The notes beneath the pieces are model-generated. The model worked only from the letters and a program-made list of their open reading frames with translations, did not search any database and was not told the DNA's origin. Shown here in pieces: positions 56,711 to 64,000 of a stretch of DNA of 64,000 nucleotides. Positions within the stretch are counted from its first letter, which is position 1. The number at the start of each line of letters is the position of its first letter. The DNA is from Tubulanus polymorphus (lineage: Eukaryota; Animalia; Nemertea): the NCBI RefSeq assembly GCF_964204645.1, contig NC_134026.1:19998150-20062149 (forward strand). The letters are read 5' to 3'. A program made the position numbers and the translations under genes.

Positions 56711-57047
56711 AATATGGTGTCAGCATGATATGGAGTTCGGTGTGTGTCCTTAGTCGCAATATAGGACCGCTTGATTTATTTCCTTATCCGACGGATTGTC
56801 CCAATGCGCCGGAAAGTTTGGCATCATTTCCCGAAGTCCACGGCACTGCGAAGAACGATTATTCAGGGCAGATAAGTGGGCCCCGTTTTTATCTTAAAAT
56901 AGGGATTGACCCTATAATTTATTTGATTGGTAGATTTCGTTTGATATTCTGTTTTGGTGTCCCTTACAAACCCACCACACCTGCCGGGAGCGAAACAGGG
57001 GGCTTGATTTGGAAATGGGAAATCGAAGTACCAGAATGTAGTTGATA

Positions 57048-57525
<478 letters not shown>

Positions 57526-58119
57526 TACACGCGGGATGTTAAATTGATATGTCGTTCGTCGAGGTTACATAATTTTTTTTCAAAATCGAAGCACATAATT
57601 GGAAATTTCGGTTCCGGTTCATTCAAACAAACATCCAAGCAGCCTGAACCGGCAAGCGACTGATTGGGTTTTATTTTGTTGGCTGTCTAATTAATACATC
57701 GAGATTTTGGAAGTTACAAGGATTGAAGATCATTTGTCAATTTTTTTATATTTTTGGTCGTTTTCAGCGTGTAAATAGTCCGAAAGTTTATTGTAGCTTT
57801 TTTTTTCTCGGGTATATGTTGATGTAAAAGTCCTCTAACTTGATTTCCCGCGTTTGGCTAGATTAAAAGGAAGCCAATTTCGAAAACGCAAATTATCCAG
57901 CTGAGAGTACGATCCCTGTGTTTTTAGCAAAAAGAGTTTAGGACAAAGTGATATAAAAGCTGGGAATAAATTCCATTGCTTTTGTTGGTTAGAAGGTTAA
58001 CAATAGAAGCGTCTATCTGCGTTACTTTTTGGTGGACAAGATCATTTATCCGAGACGATATCCTATCAAACACTTCGAGCTCTGAATTTCAGCCGGCCAA
58101 TACAATTTCTTAATCGAAG

Positions 58120-58560
58120 CCACCTAATCCATCAGGATTAAAGAACACAGATCAAAGACTTCTGCGATTGGACAACATCTCGCAATTTGTCACACTTGTG
58201 ATCAGGAATTCAGTGATAACAAATTCAAAATTCTAGACAAAGGCTCATCTGATCTCGACTGTAAAATTAGGGAGGCCCTGTTTATTAGGCACAACGACCC
58301 TCTTTAAATCAACAATATTCCAAAACGGCTCATCCTTTATCTTAAATGTATTCAAATAATTAGCTTGTAATTAAATACTTGGTTTGTAATTAGCTTAGAA
58401 GTTCGCACTTGTAATTTTGTAACTTATGTTGTATATAAACCTGTAGTTTAATCATTTGATTCACTTGTATTTCACCTGATGAGGGCATATGATCCCGAAA
58501 GCGTTCGTGTTAATAAACTGTATTTACTCATTAGAAAATGAGGTTTTTAGTGTTATCGCT
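58120..58560 (+). mobile_element. Penelope-like element 3' fragment (GIY-YIG endonuclease C-terminus plus hammerhead motif)
   Basis: RIKEHRSKTSAIGQHL...FKILDKG...KIREALFI...P/LNQQ...GSSFILNVF* (frameshifted), followed by a hammerhead core at 58476. Confidence 0.78.
58473..58509 (+). ncRNA. Minimal type I hammerhead ribozyme motif
   Basis: cac-CTGATGA-ggg(catatgat)ccc-GAAA-gcgt-TC-gtg: intact core, 3-bp helix II, helix I cac/gtg. Confidence 0.7.
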
Positions 58561-58774
58561 TCTATGGTTATTCAGATATCAATATGTTCACACAAGGTCT
58601 ACATTGAGAAAATACGAAGGTCGATTTGAATGCGAAGAGTCTTCTATATAAATCTTTGCCATTCACGAAAACGATAGACTCGATTCAAGAAAAACATGTA
58701 CGCACAGTACCGTACACAATTATATTCTGATAATCAATTTTGTTGATAATCTCAACTCTTCCATCGGCAAAAAT

Positions 58775-60033
58775 ATGGACGCTGACGGTGAGGTTTATTC
58801 AAATAATTCTGATCTGCAAAAACAATTGGCTACAGATATTCTATCGTCAAATGAATTTCAGCAGAATCGTTATAGGAACGTGTTGGACATCGGCTGTGGT
58901 AGCGGTGAGGTCACAAATATTCTACTTGAAAAGATCGATGTAGTTGAAAATCTAATTGCTTTCGACAAGGTAGATATACAAAATGCATACAATAACGGTA
59001 GGTAGTGACTTTTCAACTTCTGATATTCGTCCTTGTTTAATTTCAGAGTGAATCTATGGTTGAATTCGCTCGATCAAAAAATCCGAATCCTAAAATTGAA
59101 TATTCCGTAGCTGACGTCACCAAACCTGAAACGTTCAAGCCGGAATGGCAACAGAAATTTGACCTGATAACATCGTTTCAAACACTACACTGGACTCGTA
59201 ATCAATATAAAAACTTGGAAAATATAAAATCTTTATTATCCCCGAATGGTGAAGTTTTCGTCAATATGCCTCACATTTCATCGTTCGTTCGCGTACTTGA
59301 TATAATGAAAACAGCGAAATGGTCTCCATACTTTCAGGTAGGAATTTGATGGTTCGTTTTAGTGGTGACTCGCATTATAGTCTGTGTTCTAAATACAACG
59401 AGACGGATAGTACTTTTACGGTTAAATCTTATATTTGACGCACGAGCTTACGCTACTTGCGAATAGCATCTTCATCAGCAGGCGGATGAGTCACTCGAAA
59501 GCTATCCGTCTCGTTGTATTTATTCTACACCAGATTAACACGGTTTCTCTGCGAGTCTATATTTTATTCACAGCATCGAAGATTAATCTGAACATTCGTG
59601 AATTTCAGGGATTTACGCCGGCATGGTTATTCCATCCAGATTGGGAAGAATATAGCGAATGGAGATATCCCGATGTACCCACTGGATACCGAAGAATGGC
59701 CGAATCATTAGGGTTTACTCTCAAACGATTTGCAGAGACGAATGATGATTTCATTCTTCCTGGTCGTCAGTGTGCCAAAGGTCTCCTGTTTGATAGGGAA
59801 TTCATATTTAAACCCGCTTCTTGTACTCAGTATATATTCAATATCACCGCGATGGTTCTATCATTCCAGGTTGGTTTAGCGCACTTCTGCCTTTGAAGCG
59901 AATTCCGGACTCAAAATCGTCTGAATTTTTGGACGATGCATTGAATCTATACTTGAAAAGTTTACCACCTGATGTCAATGGAAAGATTCACATTCGTTCC
60001 AAAAATATCATTGCTTATATGCAAATAAAATAA
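58775..60033 (+). CDS. JHAMT-like SAM methyltransferase, copy 2
   Basis: Exons 58775-58969, 59047-59337, 59609-59780, 59870-60033; same exon structure and motifs as copy 1. Confidence 0.85.
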
Positions 60034-60379
60034 ATTACAAAAATATATTGATTACGATTAGTGTATTTCTATTTCGCCAACATGCGTGTCGGAGATTTTT
60101 ATGCACACATAGCCATACATTCTTCCACGCTTATTTCATTCGACGGTGAAAAAGCAAATACGTCTCCACATTTGAAAGGAGATAAAAGTAAAACTCTTTA
60201 TTCGAAATCCATATTTCGTTGTTAATCGATAATCGAAATAAGATGTTATAAATTTCAAGTCCCATACGCCGAAACAAGCCAGATCGGCAATAATGGATTA
60301 ATAAGATAAAACCCACTATCTACAGATTAAAATAATTTAAAAACAAGAATTTATTTATTCAATCTAAAATATATAGAAT

Positions 60380-60422
60380 ACACGACGTTTCGATCTCACC
60401 CTAGAGATCATCGTCAGGTGTG
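60380..60422 (-). ncRNA. Minimal type I hammerhead ribozyme motif inside an inverted-repeat element (about 60300-60511)
   Basis: Minus: acac-CTGACGA-t-gatctc(tagggt)gagatc-GAAA-cg-TC-gtgt; palindromic ACGT at helix III; partial inverted copy at 60423-60449. Confidence 0.78.
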
Positions 60423-60637
60423 CACACCTGACGATGATCTCTAGGGTGAATTAATAAATTCTTGCTTTTAAATTCTTTTAATCTGTAGATAGTGGGTTTT
60501 TATCTTATTATCCGTTCACCACATTTAAGTGTGGTTATCGTTCCAATAATGAACTATTCTGAAAAGTCTGGCCGATTAGACATCAAATGAACAATTTTCC
60601 CGAAAAGAAGAAATACTCTTGACAAATAGTTATTACT

Positions 60638-61032
60638 ATGGTGGCTGATAAGGGCCATAGCGAAAAATTTTTAGTATGTAAATCAGGGCGCCAGAACGCC
60701 AAAACACCAAAACGAAAAAAAAACGTCAAATTTTCTCTGAAATTTCGACGTTTTTCGTTGTTTTGGTGGGGCGCCAAAACGGAATAATCTTTGTTTTAGC
60801 GCGCCAAAACGAACTTTCAGAGAAATTTCGACGTTTTTCGTTGTTTTGGAGGGGGCACCAAAATGAAAGTTCGTTTTGGCGGGAGCGCCAAAACGGAATA
60901 TTCTTTGTTTTGGCGCACCAAAACGAACTTTCAGAGAAAATTGGACGTTTTTCGTAGTTTTGGCTTTCTGTCGTTCTGGCGCCCTGATTTGCGTACCAGA
61001 AATTTTTCGCTATGGCCCTTATCAGCCTCCAT
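60638..61032. mobile_element. Unclassified MITE with about 60-bp TIRs and internal GCCAAAACG subrepeats
   Basis: ggctgataagggccatagcgaaaaattt...cagggcgccagaacg versus cgttctggcgccctg...aaatttttcgctatggcccttatcagcc. Confidence 0.7.
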
Positions 61033-61225
61033 TGAACCTACATTGATAAGAATATCAAGGTCGATTTAAATGCAAGGAAAATTCTAAGAAATAGTTATTT
61101 GTTCACACCACATTTTGATGTGTGACAGTCACGATAATATATAGACTAAATTCAAACACATTTTATACGAGATGTTGATATTCTAGTGCTGTTAATCCCA
61201 CCTCCGACCCAGAAGGACCGGCGAA

Positions 61226-61515
61226 ATGGATGTTGACGGTGAATTTTATTCAAATAATTCTGATCCGCAAAGACAATTGGCCACAGATATTCTATCGTCG
61301 ATTGAATTTCAGCAGAATCGTTATAGGAACGTATTGTACATCGGCTGTGGTAGCGGTGAGGTCACAAATATTCTACTGGAAAAGATCGATGTAGTTGAAA
61401 ATCTTATTGCCTTCGATAAGGTATAGATATATAAAATGTATATACAAATCGTAGGCAGTAACTTGGAAATATATTCTTATCATTCCTGCTCTATTTCAGA
61501 GAGTATCTATGATTG
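61226..61515 (+). pseudogene. Truncated JHAMT-like methyltransferase (copy-2 type)
   Basis: Exon 1 (61226-61420) with motif I altered to VLYIGCGSG; only a few bases of exon 2 remain before copy-1-type upstream sequence restarts at about 61556. Confidence 0.75.
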
Positions 61516-61886
61516 GACCAGGAATTTTATGTAATGGCCCGAATCAGCCACCATAGTCGGGAGAAAATCTTGATTTTTTCTGAGGGAAAAAATATATTTA
61601 ATGTATATGATAATATATCATAATATTCAGTCAATTTTCAACCTACAAAAGCGCAGCATTCTACATACACAGTCCATTTAAAACTACGAATAATTGCTCA
61701 TGAATCAAAATTGCATACTCCAGTACCGGGTGTGCATTTTGAAGTTCTCTCGGTATTCAGTGTTAGAATATAAAAGCTATCCAGACCTGTTTTCAACGAA
61801 AACAGGTCAGGATAGCTATTACATGTACAAAGCAGAAAACTCATTCATTGGTGGTGCCACTCTACTCTCCCGACCTCAAAGCAAGA

Positions 61887-63028
61887 ATGGATTTTGACGG
61901 TGAACTTTATTCAAACAATTCCGATTTTCAAAAACAATGTGTTAGAGATATTCTAACGTTGCCCGGGTTTTTTCGACAAAACTGCTATAGGAACGTATTG
62001 GATATCGGCTGTGGTAGCGGTGAGGTCACGAATTTTCTACAAAATAAGATCAACGGAGTTGACCGTATTTTTGGTTTCGATAAGGTATACATAAAAGGCA
62101 TAGGCTTATGTCGGGATATAACTTCTCTTTCCATGAAACGAGCTTTTTGATTTTGTTTAGATTTGAGAAAGTTTTTGTTTTCGGAAACAATGAACTTGAT
62201 TATTATTTCAGAGTGCATCTATGGTTGAATTTGCTCGATCAAAAAATTCGAATCCTAGAATTGAATATTCCGTAGCTGACGTCACCAAACCCGACACGTT
62301 CAAGCCGGAGTGGCAACAGAAATTCGACCTGATAACATCGTTCCACGTTCTACATTGGACTAAGAATCAATACAAAAACTTAGAAAATGTAAAATCTTTG
62401 TTATCCCCGAATGGTGAAGTTTTATTCTATCTGCCGTACACGTCATCGATCCTTTACATGTCTGATATAATGAACTCGGTAAAATGGTCTCCATACTTTC
62501 AGGTAAACAACGAACGAACATTTTCCACTTTTCATGAAATGTATTAGGTTTTTCGAGCCCTTTCGACGCTGTTACCTACGAACTGAGAATGTTTCGTGTT
62601 TGTAGGGATACACACCGACGTGGTCATTTAATCCCGATTGGGAGGAATATCGTGAATGGAGATATCCCGATGAAATCACCGGTTACCGACGAATGGCTGA
62701 ATCATTAGGTTTCACGGTTAACCAATGCACGGAACATGTTCAAAATTACATTTTCCCTGATCGTCAATCTGCAAAAGGTATATATTTGGAATTCCAAAAT
62801 AAACTCCTGCGTCATTCACAAACGGGCATAGGGTTAACAGTCATCGTCGTATATTTTTTAGGTTTTTTCGGCACAATTTTCCCTCATTCGATGCGAATTC
62901 CAGCCTCAGAATCGTCTGAATTTTTAGACGACGCGCTGGATCTCTATTTGAAAAGTTTACCGCTGAACGAAGATGGAAAGATTCGATTTTATTCAAAACA
63001 CGTCCTAGTGAATTTGCAAAACAAATAA
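61887..63028 (+). CDS. JHAMT-like SAM methyltransferase, copy 4 (near-duplicate of copy 1)
   Basis: Four exons matching copy 1, within a duplicated block about 61556-63277 corresponding to about 55255-56947. Confidence 0.85.
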
Positions 63029-64000
63029 AATATGGTGTCAGCGTGATTTGGAGTTCGGTGTGTGTACTTGCCGTTAGTCGCAATATAGGACCGCTTCATT
63101 TATTTCCTTATCCGACGAATTGTCCCATTGCACCGGAAAGTTTGGCATCATTTCCCGAAGTCCACGGGCACTGAGAAGAACGATTATTCAGGGCAGATAA
63201 GTGGGCCCCTGTGTTTTTTTATCTTAAAATAGGGATTGACCCTGTTATTCATTTGATTGGTAGATTTCGTTTGATATTGATACACCGGTCACAATCCTCT
63301 CTTTAATCGTTATCTATAAAATACTTGAGTAAGGCCCTGGCGAGAGAACGTGTCCGTGCACAAATCCGAATGAATAAATTGAAATACCGGATGATAATCT
63401 TGAAGATAATATATTTTATTTACCTTGAACAAAGAATGATTTTCCTAATCCCTATTGTATATGAATCCCTATCGTTCCGAAGCTTCTCCTGTCCTGCTGT
63501 TGACACTCGTCTTACTAAGGTACCGATTCTCTCGATTGACTGCTCTCTCAAGATGCGGGTCCCTTTTATAGAAAGAATCGGCATTCTTAAAATACCGACT
63601 CTCCCACTCGACTTTTTGGCAAGGAGCAGCAACCTTACTGTCATGACTGTTTTGGTCATATAGAATTTGGCCTTAATGATTCGCTGATCTAAAATTATTT
63701 TCAAAACTGATTTGCTAAACTAACTTTTTCCTTCCAACCCTCCGGTCATGACGCGTTGTGATTTACTCACTCCTTGCTAGTCGTTGTTGAGAGAGCAGCT
63801 ATTGTCTGTGAATTACCAACGAGCGCATACAGACAACAGAAACTTCAGACAGCTAGTTTTAACATTTAACACAAATTAATTTTTCTAAAACATTAGTGAT
63901 TATTAACAATTTGTTCTTTAACAACATCTAGATTACTCAAATTAAATATATTTTCAAAACTTTGTTTTCTTTTCTAATTACAGTACAAATTCATTGTTTC

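Overview
AT-rich, intron-containing animal (invertebrate) genomic DNA; no prokaryotic features. Host genes assembled by hand from splice sites: the 3' half of DNA2 nuclease/helicase (+, last intron is a U12-type AT-AC intron), a complete fructosamine/ketosamine-3-kinase gene (-, first intron GC-AG), an ADAP/FYB-family hSH3 adaptor (+), a complete SMARCA2/4 (Brahma) gene (-) and a tandem cluster of JHAMT-like SAM methyltransferases (+; 3 intact, 1 truncated). An intact, very young 9,032-bp Ty3/Gypsy LTR retrotransposon (44725-53756, -) sits immediately upstream of SMARCA2/4. It has a CATC target-site duplication, 1,454-bp LTRs, a tRNA-Leu PBS and a -1 frameshift signal. Its env position holds a non-env ORF behind a strong splice acceptor, encoding zinc-finger motifs plus an acidic activator-like patch; this possible element-encoded trans-activator is the top candidate for an undescribed system. 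Also present: several Penelope-type minimal hammerhead ribozyme motifs (two sets in inverted repeats), LINE and Penelope fragments, a tRNA-derived SINE and many MITE families. All calls are from reading the sequence; no database searches were run.
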